In this document: positions 33,801 through 42,700 of the stretch, piece by piece | Layout: each line of letters opens with the position of its first letter | How positions within the stretch are numbered: position 1 is the first letter of the stretch | IMG/VR virus record: IMGVR_UViG_3300009152_000041 | Location: 1,901 to 65,900 of that record | Reading direction: 5' to 3' (one strand) | DNA from: a virus | DNA length: 64,000 nucleotides | Position numbers and translations under genes: made by a program | The notes under the pieces: generated by a model | What the model saw: the letters and a program-made list of their open reading frames with translations, nothing else | The model's database searches: none | What the model was told of the DNA's origin: nothing

Positions 33801-36800
33801 GCATTTGCCCAACCGTCTCCTAAGTCTCCACCAAGAAATTGAGCTACACCAGTTCCATTTCCTGGATAAATATTTCTCTTAAACAATTCTAGATCTGGTT
33901 GTGATGCAAAGTTTGACCACATCGTTCTCATTATTCCAACCATTGGCAATCTTACGTCAATACCAAATGGCGATCCACCTATTCCAGTTCCATTTGAATT
34001 ATCACCAAATGGATTCAAGACACCAGCTACTGTACCAGCCCCACCAGTTATACCACTACCTTGACCAATTGCCAGATGTGCATCTGAAGCTGCATTTCTA
34101 ATACCAGCATTTTTATTTCGCTCTTCATCTGTTAAAGGCTCATATAGCATCATACCGAAGTGCTTGATTCCAAATTTATTTTCAGAAAATACAGTTCCTC
34201 TTGTTGCATGAGCAAAAGCTTCTCTTGTTCTAGATGTACCCATCGAAAGAAGTCTAACCATTAAATCTCTTGGTTCAGATAAGTACAATCCAGTATTGAG
34301 ACCGCCATCTATATGGCCGCTAGATCCCTTTTTGTCAACAGAGTTTACCACTGGACTAAGTTCAATAGCGTCAGATTGACATGTGACAGTAACTATTTCT
34401 CCCAATTCAACTTCAGTTATTACACCGTTAAATATTGTATGAAGTGAGTTTGGATTTGCGCCATAACCAACTCTTAGGTGAACTCTTACACCTGGCTTAA
34501 GTCTTATGTTTTCTATATCAACAATGTATTGACTTTCCATATGACCTAATTGATTTCTTGCAAAATTTAAAGTTCTATCAATTACTTGTTCAAGGCCTGA
34601 AGTTAGTGATAATTTATCTACACCAGGCTTAGCGTCAGTCTCACCATTTCCACTGAATATTGTTGTAGCTTCTTTTGTAGAGAGCTTTGCGTACATATTG
34701 GAAGCTCTGAATACTAGCGTATCACCTAAGATATCTTCAGAAGATACTACGGAAAAATCTATTATGGACTGTAATCCGTAGAAATTATCAAATAGTTTTG
34801 TGCCGGCAAAATTCTTTTCATCTATCAACCAGAGCATATATGTAGGAAATGCCCTGATCATTCTTCCTGATATATCTCTGTACTGAGTATCTATCATCAT
34901 TTTTTCCCAGTGATCAGTAACACTTTTTGAGTTACCATTTGACTTCATGGTCTCTGGCTTACCCTCATCTCCAGATGAATATGAGTATTGGTATTCAGAT
35001 AGTGCTTTTGCTCCAGGAACTCCAGTTAGAGATTTTGTTGTTCCAACATCTGGCGTTTGAGTGTCAGTTATGCCTACATATTCAACTGAGCTATCTTTTT
35101 TAACAGCAACGTCATCTACAGTTAGATAAAATCTTCCATTCTTCTTATCTATATATCCAAACTGATATCCATCTGCAGTGTGCATCATTGATGGAATTTT
35201 TGTATCATTACCATCTGCTGCTGCTGGAAAAGTGTTTATAATAGCATGCCCATCTAGCTCGTCTGGATCAAAGCTTACGTAAGCGTCTTCTGCAAAGCCA
35301 TCGTTTTTTTGATTTCCAGATAGTGCGGCTTGTAATTTTGCTCTTGCTTCTTCATTAGAACTTGATAAATCTCCACCTCTTAACTGACCTGAAGATATTC
35401 TCCAACTAGAATCAGCTAAATCCTTAGTATCAAACTCACCTTCATCCAAAGAGTCTACATAGTCTAATAAGAATTTATCATAAGGTTGATCAACATCTTT
35501 TAAGACTTGCAATATATAAGAAGCTGTTTCTGAAGCCTTTAATCCTAAGGTTCCTCTAGAGTAAGCTTTTAGTTCATCTAATTTGTCATTTAATATATAC
35601 TCTCTGAACTTAGCAATGATCGCAGAACCCTTATATGAGGTTGATCCATATTGAGTTACTACGGTTACTTCTTGAGATGGATCAACGTTAAATGTATCAA
35701 GTCTAGAAAGCTTACCTTTATTATTGGTTACGCTATGTATAACGTCTCTATCAAACATCTCAAAACTTCTAAAATAAAAATCTGGATCAAGACATCCTAC
35801 AACTTCGCTGTCTTTATTTCTAATCTCTAATGGAAAATCTGGATATGAATTAAATGAGCCCCATAGTTGCTTCATTCTTAAGAATGGATTTTTCTTTGTC
35901 CCAAATTCTTCAATCATCTTTCTTTGTTGATCAGAAGATAACTGTTCACGTTTTTGCTGAAAAATGTCAAAGTCTACTAGTCTCAAAGAAACATCATAGA
36001 CATGTGGAAAATTTGGAATAGTTGAAACGTTAAAAGAAAGAGGAAGAACATATTTAACTCCAGCTAAAGCTGTTATTATATTCTTAATTCCCAAGAAGCC
36101 CATAACTCCAGCTGCGTTCTCAAGCCTAGCTAATCCATTAATATGATCAAATATTTTTCTTAATTTTATTAATTCTTTTTCACCAAATACTTTCATGGAA
36201 ATATTTATATAACTATCTCCACCACCAACGTGTTGATAAGTTGGCTCATCTTGCATCTGTACTTGTAGCGGGATTATGTTATTACTCATTGAGATAGAAA
36301 CGTCAGTAACAATTGCGTTAGCTGGATCTATGTCAACTCTTATCATTGGGACTTCCCACTCTCTTATGTGGAAACTTCCATTTCTTTCTCTAGCTGCTTC
36401 CATCAAATCTCTGATCGGTCCAGCTTTAAAGAATCTTTCATAGACCATAGCGCTATAGCCAGCTGCAAACTGATCTTTAATTAAAGATCTTTCTTGTTTT
36501 TTCCACTCAGCATCGTTGGTCTTTCCACCATTTATTGCTCTCTTCTCCAAGTATTCATCAACCATAAAGTCAAGATATGAACTAGTGCTTAAAGCTTTAG
36601 ACTTAAGAAAAGATTTTATTTGAGATAGTGTTTCATCTTTAAATACTATTGCCCCAAAAACATATCTTTGCACATCTTCATATGCGTTTTCTATCCTATC
36701 GAAATCTCTTAAGTAAGCTTTCCTGTCAGAGTCAAGCTGCAGTTGATTCTGAAATATAAAACTTGTTATAATAAAATCATAAGCCTTTTTTTGGAAATCT

Positions 36801-39241
36801 GTTGTATTTCTTCCCGCGGTTAATATGTCAATACTTTGTAATATTTTTTGATTAACAGTAAACTCAACAATATTTCCTGTTGAAGTTGTTATGACTGAAT
36901 CTAATGTTCTATGATATCCAGCTGAATCATTAAAGTCAATACCAAAGTTAGCCAACATTTGGTTCCAAAAACTTCTACCCGTATCAGTCAAACCTTTTTC
37001 TTCATCAGATCTAAATCCAGATATATCTGGAGTAAATATTTTAGTTTGAGTTTCAGCTGGCATATAGAATGATAAATTGCTACCGTTTGTCCATTCTCTA
37101 ATTACGTTAGTTGTGAACACTTCGTTCTTATAGCCAAGGAGAGCGTCGTTAACGATCTTCGAAGGAGATATCCCAGCTTGAGCAGATAGTCTATCTGAGG
37201 CGGCCTGCATACCTCTCAGGTCGTCCTGAGTAACGTCTCCATTCCTATCGGTGTCAAGCATTGCTTCAGCAATTGAAACCATTGCGTCTTTTGTTGCATT
37301 AATAAGACCCTCTTTACCAAACATTAAGAATTCTTCATTTATATAATTATGAAGAGCTCCAGCTGCCTTGCCCATATACTGCCTAAACTTACCCCAATGT
37401 ATTGCTTGATTAAAGTCATTAAGCATTGGCAAGAATGGCTTATGGTTAAAGTTATATAGATTTAATGTGACTACTAGTGCAAACGGATAATTTGGTATTG
37501 TGGAAATCGACATACCATGTAGTGCAACGCCTGTTATTCCATATACAGAATTTAAATAATGGTTTCTAATCGGAAGGAATGGAGCGTACTTAAACGCGGC
37601 AACCAGGCCTCTTAACGAGGAAAGGAACTTGTCTATCTTTTCTTCATTGTCACCATTGCCACTAAAATCTATTGTGAAGTTATCTTTAAGACTAATTTTT
37701 GAAGCGTCTTCAATCGAGATGCCCCATATCTCTTCATAGTTAGGAAAGAATAGTTGCATGCTGATAGTTGTATGCTTGTATCCAGAGTTAAACTTTGGAC
37801 TATTCTTTTGTCTTAGCGCGCCTTCTCCTAAACTGCTTGTCTTGAATTGAGTCTGAACATCAATACCAATTGGTGGAACATAAAAATTAGATGCCCCTAA
37901 TCTAAGATGGAATATGTCTGGAGAAGATGGTGGAATATTTTGCCTAAATGGAAATTCTGAAATTGCTTTTTCTATTCTTTGACCAGTATTAATTAAGTCC
38001 CACGCGCCAGTAAATATAGTTTGCCCTTTTTCTTGACCAAGAGCAGCCATTAAATCATCTAATACTGCTTGACCCTGATTAAGTTTATCTTCTGAACCGC
38101 CACCTTTTCCATCATTTGAATAGTCAGCTGTTGCTGCTAATGCAGCAAAGAAGAAGTTAACTAGTTCTGGAAAGTATCTATAGATGGTAGCTAGTGTTAC
38201 GGGATCTCTGGAGAGTCTTTGTAGGACAACAGTAAGCTGTTGAAGCCAACCGGTATCCCTTACTCCGTCTAGAACATTTGCTGCACCGGCGCTACCCTTA
38301 ACTCTTTCAAGGGTAGACAATCTGGATCTACCATATGCCTGCATTGCGTCGATGTAACTTAATAAATCAAAAAGACCTGACGCTTCAATCTTATAAAATA
38401 AAGATTTTTGATAAGTGTCATTCAATTTGATTATATCCATAGTTGGAGATGCAACTGCTATAAATTGATTAACGTAGTTATCTTGAAAAGCTCTATCATA
38501 AACAAAGCTTGGATTATTTTTTCTTACTAAATTTTCATAATACTGACTAATTGACGAATAAGAATTATCATGATTATCAAAACCAATTATAGCCGCTCCA
38601 CGAGATATAAACTCTTCTAAAACTGCTGCTCTTTCTATTGCTGGACCAAGTAAATCTTCTTCAATGGCTGGAGGTTCTTGAACATCTTCTGGTGTTTGTG
38701 GTGTGTCTGCTGGATTATCACTACCTATATTGAAATCTTTTACTCTTTGTCCAATAAAACTAGCCATTATTGTAGCTGACTCTATGTGGTGCCAGCAACC
38801 GCTAGTATTAGAGTAAGCAGCACTATACCATTCTTCAAACGCTTTTGCGTAAGCTACATCTGTTAGGTCAACATTTTTAGTTGGTATTTTTTTATCAAAC
38901 TTCTTCAGAATACTGTTGACTATATAATCTACTGGATTTTCACCAGTTCTTGTACCCTGTCGTTTAAGTGCTCTAATTGCTGCAGTTCGCCAAGCAACGT
39001 CATTAAAATCAGGTGGAGCAATTTTAATACCCCATGGTAGTCTCTCGACACCGGCCCACACACCTATCGTACCAGGAAATCCAGGTAGAACTGTTTGCAA
39101 TTTAGCTAATGCAGCACCAGGTAATATATTTGAATTTGTATTTAATGTTATCTGTTGAATTTCAAGAAAGTAATCGTCTGCTTGCTGCTTGGTGGTAAAC
39201 TGTTCTTTTATGTAGTCGAATGCTTGTTGATTTATAGCCAT
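27845..39241 (-). CDS. Giant virion/ejection protein (3798 aa) with Gly/Ala-rich membrane-like segments and a C-terminal SNase-like OB-fold region
   Basis: A single uninterrupted ORF. Hydrophobic glycine-zipper stretches: GGTAAAVPGGGLLAAGAALAIGTGGIALPVIGGAMAVGGGASLLG and GIAATYLTTVGLTATAGALLGGPIGAGIGAGIASDLFW. EF-hand-like loop DTDRNGDVTQDD. Near the C-terminus, NVIDGDEIEV...FKVRLEGI...GGRAAIFV...LGTVFY resembles staphylococcal-nuclease topology. Confidence 0.6.
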   Translation of the reverse strand: MAINQQAFDYIKEQFTTKQQADDYFLEIQQITLNTNSNILPGAALAKLQTVLPGFPGTIGVWAGVERLPWGIKIAPPDFNDVAWRTAAIRALKRQGTRTGENPVDYIVNSILKKFDKKIPTKNVDLTDVAYAKAFEEWYSAAYSNTSGCWHHIESATIMASFIGQRVKDFNIGSDNPADTPQTPEDVQEPPAIEEDLLGPAIERAAVLEEFISRGAAIIGFDNHDNSYSSISQYYENLVRKNNPSFVYDRAFQDNYVNQFIAVASPTMDIIKLNDTYQKSLFYKIEASGLFDLLSYIDAMQAYGRSRLSTLERVKGSAGAANVLDGVRDTGWLQQLTVVLQRLSRDPVTLATIYRYFPELVNFFFAALAATADYSNDGKGGGSEDKLNQGQAVLDDLMAALGQEKGQTIFTGAWDLINTGQRIEKAISEFPFRQNIPPSSPDIFHLRLGASNFYVPPIGIDVQTQFKTSSLGEGALRQKNSPKFNSGYKHTTISMQLFFPNYEEIWGISIEDASKISLKDNFTIDFSGNGDNEEKIDKFLSSLRGLVAAFKYAPFLPIRNHYLNSVYGITGVALHGMSISTIPNYPFALVVTLNLYNFNHKPFLPMLNDFNQAIHWGKFRQYMGKAAGALHNYINEEFLMFGKEGLINATKDAMVSIAEAMLDTDRNGDVTQDDLRGMQAASDRLSAQAGISPSKIVNDALLGYKNEVFTTNVIREWTNGSNLSFYMPAETQTKIFTPDISGFRSDEEKGLTDTGRSFWNQMLANFGIDFNDSAGYHRTLDSVITTSTGNIVEFTVNQKILQSIDILTAGRNTTDFQKKAYDFIITSFIFQNQLQLDSDRKAYLRDFDRIENAYEDVQRYVFGAIVFKDETLSQIKSFLKSKALSTSSYLDFMVDEYLEKRAINGGKTNDAEWKKQERSLIKDQFAAGYSAMVYERFFKAGPIRDLMEAARERNGSFHIREWEVPMIRVDIDPANAIVTDVSISMSNNIIPLQVQMQDEPTYQHVGGGDSYINISMKVFGEKELIKLRKIFDHINGLARLENAAGVMGFLGIKNIITALAGVKYVLPLSFNVSTIPNFPHVYDVSLRLVDFDIFQQKREQLSSDQQRKMIEEFGTKKNPFLRMKQLWGSFNSYPDFPLEIRNKDSEVVGCLDPDFYFRSFEMFDRDVIHSVTNNKGKLSRLDTFNVDPSQEVTVVTQYGSTSYKGSAIIAKFREYILNDKLDELKAYSRGTLGLKASETASYILQVLKDVDQPYDKFLLDYVDSLDEGEFDTKDLADSSWRISSGQLRGGDLSSSNEEARAKLQAALSGNQKNDGFAEDAYVSFDPDELDGHAIINTFPAAADGNDTKIPSMMHTADGYQFGYIDKKNGRFYLTVDDVAVKKDSSVEYVGITDTQTPDVGTTKSLTGVPGAKALSEYQYSYSSGDEGKPETMKSNGNSKSVTDHWEKMMIDTQYRDISGRMIRAFPTYMLWLIDEKNFAGTKLFDNFYGLQSIIDFSVVSSEDILGDTLVFRASNMYAKLSTKEATTIFSGNGETDAKPGVDKLSLTSGLEQVIDRTLNFARNQLGHMESQYIVDIENIRLKPGVRVHLRVGYGANPNSLHTIFNGVITEVELGEIVTVTCQSDAIELSPVVNSVDKKGSSGHIDGGLNTGLYLSEPRDLMVRLLSMGTSRTREAFAHATRGTVFSENKFGIKHFGMMLYEPLTDEERNKNAGIRNAASDAHLAIGQGSGITGGAGTVAGVLNPFGDNSNGTGIGGSPFGIDVRLPMVGIMRTMWSNFASQPDLELFKRNIYPGNGTGVAQFLGGDLGDGWANAASLTPEDMPNPRLEYLNRLTDSSWNNLLQRYDGGSENASAAIDNLTQGMEARASGGTAAAVPGGGLLAAGAALAIGTGGIALPVIGGAMAVGGGASLLGSLTGRGGVNIWKTFGLISDLDDDMPGFDEVSFRAQTYMKSVWDLFQMCARLLPNYIVAVRPFEDRSTVFYGKPHWLYTSAVVPITTGFPSEKRAVELGLKTPSYRTPDSELMDLLTKVNKQSNSTADYEAMRQAQNPAISISEIVRQQSSYSDIYAPAGILRGKVINFLDPFRTAYYGNNKTTKEQLFNDIISEIPKNKGYVTVGFHLPIDSSGQASELDIEKIKGIHKEIPQMPLRFSFPFFTDRVAGAVLLDYAFYALSSNKSGEGDERLKTGTIHDGDKDFEKLGHDTLYTTLIDTEAGLLAGSLTDNREGGSEDEFAINLAGVSFTAAVNPINTFGNDKFIFDLNTSGVAGSKSLIRMPLPSLKEQTRGLDSLEGSWEYEYINQNRITSGSPFSYRDWGSPVSALDEQFYIAMRWPYEIIEDKDDEIFKKFKDKYFSDRDVNQFYGKPKDYKNRKVLVYSPTTRTAVVCKPAYFLWGTDKADLIDGNLSDAGNRTDDQFINFKADTFKEVDLAAVVSPDAAYFLGVMHLTENEKKYFGAESDETGNDNSSSNASAQALAKAGLAPVPMPRDCYFTFVDDSIPLGVVTTIYNPANEFNYNGETHVDMDYYIGFGAFSAEGDGKLIAEKANKSGMQKLGISGTADNLERQLELLNERPTAFTNTQWQEYIPVSGITLLDQGHFAEAAARGGNILAGKDQENSYFDYILKAEYSALEREKLYEVLDGELKTTGDEDSGAGRERFAPVYDPAAPESIKAREFFDEGFSPATHVIAGNGRNLSQANDIWDQFRFGYHNEISIKKIFFDAFGMDPDDTTPLPDFLVAILRDPKANPDIFKLFSANGPDSTAVDEFSLLLGSDFIANPNQRTGKPSGTADSMERQIETGVASSVSSDTVKQAIEFARKNLVDAPLDEGGLVRYFDALTKTKYKKLGLFLQSQSNLSLILGADVGGGQPKADDIIKDNFTPKQVFLLIVGMFRQAMWQDAYARAWLVLKPNRQYSSDDMWDFSPVHKIFAAFIDPNQDYASNKRKFLKLLADNKGEGNSAGNVVGVLTHNIDKFWDQNIGPLFTALSDGLSGLMNMFRMSMLQMGYGLSNIDNFSKQANIMNKVLNDSIYYSLGRPGSLLRAIDNPFTREYGEPVVEVREPFQKIHYLSSFSTIIANNIQETTTNVATQVTAVSEGKYPVTVALDKSIPAERQVEKTVETGLFFDNIAGEGLFGIAQPLFHPIEFARGAIKLSQGAPDELMARRVALAHLKESLKDIYSGELIVIGSPDIRPHDLVYLADVYERMYGIFEVEQVVHHFTPNMGFITSITPNALVTVNDPARWFMSSWIHSWMSIQNIRNDTRSLINSVQAGSTGILSGGNISVDGMSEALRSQMMGGVQFTHGSSALMSDIMANFAAEGLTDAQSQIENQMKQNSENGMSLTGIAATYLTTVGLTATAGALLGGPIGAGIGAGIASDLFWKGWKWVRDNVLDQHGCYISYLNKNGQPMDASLAINQGMVVGRYHTKRLLPGILGVKSKVRTVDGNAFIRNDDLLKSLGWKEKEITDLVRYVSYENALVNAEVLKYSGTGPDKTGLNQYFKVICKLNNVIDGDEIEVIDLMNPTGQPFKVRLEGIIASSLGTFQAYTNTSIQAGYKPDDPTTAINVNSPGGRAAIFVSERLRDKPFVIRISPNDQSSVSIYTEDDLSPGSRINNTNSYFKGVNYGDQEREKSLGTVFYRILDEDKETNISIVRSFFVQNLGLNIIQKKEKFKKNLYQESVFGQKFDEIYNSIYTSGMENHFEITGETDPLLTITNDERKLFNDLVNFKILEVLYSKASEWPYISWDEYYNDGVPATLNWELVTNNLAQVYTVDLLRERASTGGLDRSIPMPSLVEQKGGL

Positions 39242-39246
39242 GAATA

Positions 39247-39715
39247 CTACCTAAACATTCCTTCTATTTTACGCATTTGCGACAGTCTGTCTCCAGAAGA
39301 ATTTCTTTTTAAAGAACTTGAATAATTATCTATTATAGCAGAATTTTTTATATTATTTGAATTTTTAAACGCTAAAGAATTACCAGTAAGGGAAAAACTT
39401 TTTTTATTGTATCTTGCTTGTTGATTAGTTGGATTATCATAACCAGCTCCATTGGCCTGGATGTAAGCTGGAGATGAATTCATGTATCCTTCATATGATC
39501 CCTTTAGTGGATCAGATGGGGCTTGAGATTCTGGAGACAATCCCTGTATACTTGCAGATCTTGAGTCATTAACTTTTTTACTAAGACCGTGAATTAAGTA
39601 TCGCTCCAGCTGGGCTAGAATTACCACTGTTAGCTTTTGGCCCAGAGGCAGCTGCCGCTAGGTTAGCATTAGTTTTAGCTACCCCACCAGATCCAGTAGG
39701 AAGGTTATCAGCCAT
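39247..39715 (-). CDS. Low-complexity small protein, proposed ~155-aa product (ATG 39715; +1 shift at CGG_T 39589-39586 into the 126-aa ORF frame)
   Basis: AAAGGA SD plus ATG gives MADNLPTGSGGVAKTNANLAAAASGPKANSGNSSPAGAILNS, then CGG TCT TAG. The +1 frame (GGT CTT AGT AAA...) is the body of ORF 39247..39627. That ORF's listed GTG N-terminus (MVILAQLERYLIH) overlaps the ATG-initiated frame. Confidence 0.55.
39586..39589 (-). other. Candidate +1 recoding site TCA CGG T (the only non-A variant)
   Basis: In-frame CGG, codon 43 from ATG 39715. The 0-frame TAG lies one codon later. Confidence 0.5.
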
Positions 39716-39741
39716 AAAATAATTTATCCTTTAATTTAAGA

Positions 39742-42700
39742 TTAGAAAGAACCCGCTATATCGTCGTAAGGATTACGTCCTAAAGAAGGGAGGCTATTAT
39801 GCATAGTACCTTGGACATTCCCATTTGTTACTAATCCGAGCTCTACTCATAAATTGTTCCATCTTATCTTGATCTCCGTCAACCGATATATTATAAGACA
39901 TTCCTTGGCCTCCAGAAGAAATTGGAGCTTCTGGTATTTGCATTTGATTAGTTGGCATATTTTCATAAGGGTTTCCACCTGGAAGCAACGGTGGACCTGA
40001 TATGGATTGCTCATTGTGATCTTTACTCTTTACGTGACCATATACAGCTAAACCAGTAGCCAATGCTGCCACACCTGCAATCTTACCCTTGTTTCTAAAT
40101 GCTGCTTCTGCCGCTGGACCCAGCGCTCCTCTTTCTCCAAGTGGTTTCCCAGATGTAAAAAGGTCTTTTAGCATGTCGCCAATTCTTGTATACTTAGCCC
40201 CTGCTGCTGATTCTGTTGTTTCAGTAAAAGAACGAGTAACATCATCAATTAAATCTTCTCCTCCAGCAGCTCTTCTTTGCCCCTCTAAAACTTCGCGTGT
40301 TCTTTCTTCAAGTGATCTAATCCTTGGAAAATCTACATCAGCACCTTCTGCTGCGACCTCTGCAATGTTTTGCATTTCTTCTGTGCCAGCAAATTTTAGT
40401 GCCCTATATCTTGCTTGAATGCGTTCCAATCTTTTAATATACTTTTCGCCCTCTTCGATATCTTTAAATCTTCCAACTATTAATCTTCTTGATTGCTCTT
40501 GAGTATCGCTATCTGTCACAGATAGGGCTAAAAGATCTTCTATAAAAGCTTGATCCAAATCTGCTTGTCCGCCACCTGTAAGCCTTCCAGCTACTCTCAT
40601 TCTTTCTATCACTTGCTCAACACTTTGTTGGCCCTCTCCTCTAACTATACTAGGAGTTGTAAGAAGTCTTCCTGATTCTTCTGATGTTTCTGATGCGTAA
40701 TCAAATGCTCCTATTTGCTCAAAAAACTCTCTTGACAAAACATCTTCGCCATCTCTAATAGTTTTAACATCTTCAATTCCAGCAAGTTCTCTTAATATAT
40801 TAACAACATTTTCAGTTTCAGATTTTGCATTGTTTACCGAGGTTCTTGCTATGATATTTTCATTTCTTGAATAACTATATAATCTATTTAAACTTACTTG
40901 TCTTGCTTCACCTTCTGCTGCATCTATGGATATCATGAGTGCTGCATTTTCTGTTTCTAAGGCTTCTCTCATATACCTAGCAAGTACTAGTTCGTCTGCG
41001 TTATCTGACGCTGACAAATTTTCAATTCTTGTGTCTAACGCTCTCATTAACTCCGTTAACCTAATATCTCCATTAGCTTGAGATTGGAATGAGGTATTGA
41101 TCGTTGCCGCAATACTGTCTATTGATTGCTGTTTGGCCATTCTTAATTCATCAAGTGCTGCAGCAATTGATGCTTCAGGATTTACGCTAAATCTTCCTTC
41201 GTCTAAAATTTTTGCCTTCACGAGAGCGTGATATAGCTCATCATTAGTTCTAAGAGTATCTACTTTATCTAATTTTCCTAATAAAAATTCATTATCACTA
41301 ATAACCTTAGCGGGATTGGGTAATCCAATATCTCTACTTAAATTAGAAAGTATTTCATTATTCATTGAATCTACAGTGCTCGTTAACATACCTTCGCTTA
41401 TAGCACTGCGCGTTCCTTGATTAAACGCATCTCTATATTTAAATGTAAGTCTTTGCATTAGTTTTGCTTCGTCGGGCAAAGATGCTATTCCATAGGTTTC
41501 TGCTGCTTCTCCTGTTAGTTGCATTTCGTTAAGCAACATTGCCTTTTTTCGAACTCCACTAATTTTCCTTCCACTAATGTCTGTTGCTGAAAGAATACCT
41601 TCTAATCTAGCTATGGTATCCTGTACTGTTTTTACTGCTTCTGGACTTGCACTGTCGCCAATATCTCGTAGCGCATTTCTGTAACCAAATAAAGCGCTCT
41701 GTATAGTTTTATCTATTGTTTCTATGTGAGAACTTAATTTTGTATCTGAAACTAATCTATCAAATCCTGCTAATTGATCTCCTGTTTGACCTAACAAAAT
41801 TTGAGTTGCCCTTAATTCTCCTGTCATTGCCGCTGTTTGCATAACCATATTTTCTGCAACGTTTTGAGTAGCAACATCTATTAATCCAGTTAATCTTCCA
41901 GTGTAACTTTTATCAGCTGCTAATCTTTCAAAAGCTGCAAAATGCGCTGATCTAGAACTGGCAAAAGTTTCAGCCCACTGTGCTGCGTCTTGAGATTTAT
42001 CGAACTCAGCATACAGGGCAGAAAATGCAGTTCTATTTTCCGCAGTGCCGCCCAATAAACTATATACAGATCTGTTAACCGCATTTCTAACTTCTGCTTC
42101 ACTGAGTACCCCTCCAGCTTGAGCGTGGAAAATCCTTACTGATTCATACATATCTTCTAATGATCCACCAAAACTTAAAGTACTACTACCACCAAGAGAC
42201 GGGTCAATTGCAGCTTCTGGGTTAAATATTGGAATTAATCTTGACCTCATTCCATTTGCAATATCAGTATACCCTTCAGCTTCTAGCTTAGCTAGAACAT
42301 CTAATCTTTGCCTTTCTGTTGAGGCTGACCAACCAAGAGTGTTTACATAAGAACCAAGTCCATTTTCCGCACCAAGTCCACCAAGAGCTGTTCTTTGATG
42401 CAACTTTGCTACCGCATCATAAGCTGCATTGTATGATTCAGATCCAAGAGTTCCTGTGTCTCCTAGGAGTTTTGCTGATGCTCTATATGCTATTTCTGAA
42501 TCAGACATAGCTCTTCCACTTGCGGTTCTTAATTTTGCTGCTGCGGCCTCGTATGTTCCAGCTCCAAATCTTTTTTCGTATATCCCAAATATTTCAGAAT
42601 TAAACTTAGCGTCTTCAGCGATTGCTACGTTTGCGTCAAACAACTTTACAAATTGACTTTGACGATATTGAGATCCGATAGCAGTACCCTTACTTAATTG

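Noticed and set aside
27845-39241. The 3798-aa protein as an N4-like or crAss-like virion RNA polymerase.
   Set aside because: I could not find a DxDGD-type metal-binding motif or other polymerase signatures by eye. The glycine-zipper hydrophobic segments and the position before the hub favour a tape-measure or ejection-protein role. This is not excluded without profile searches.
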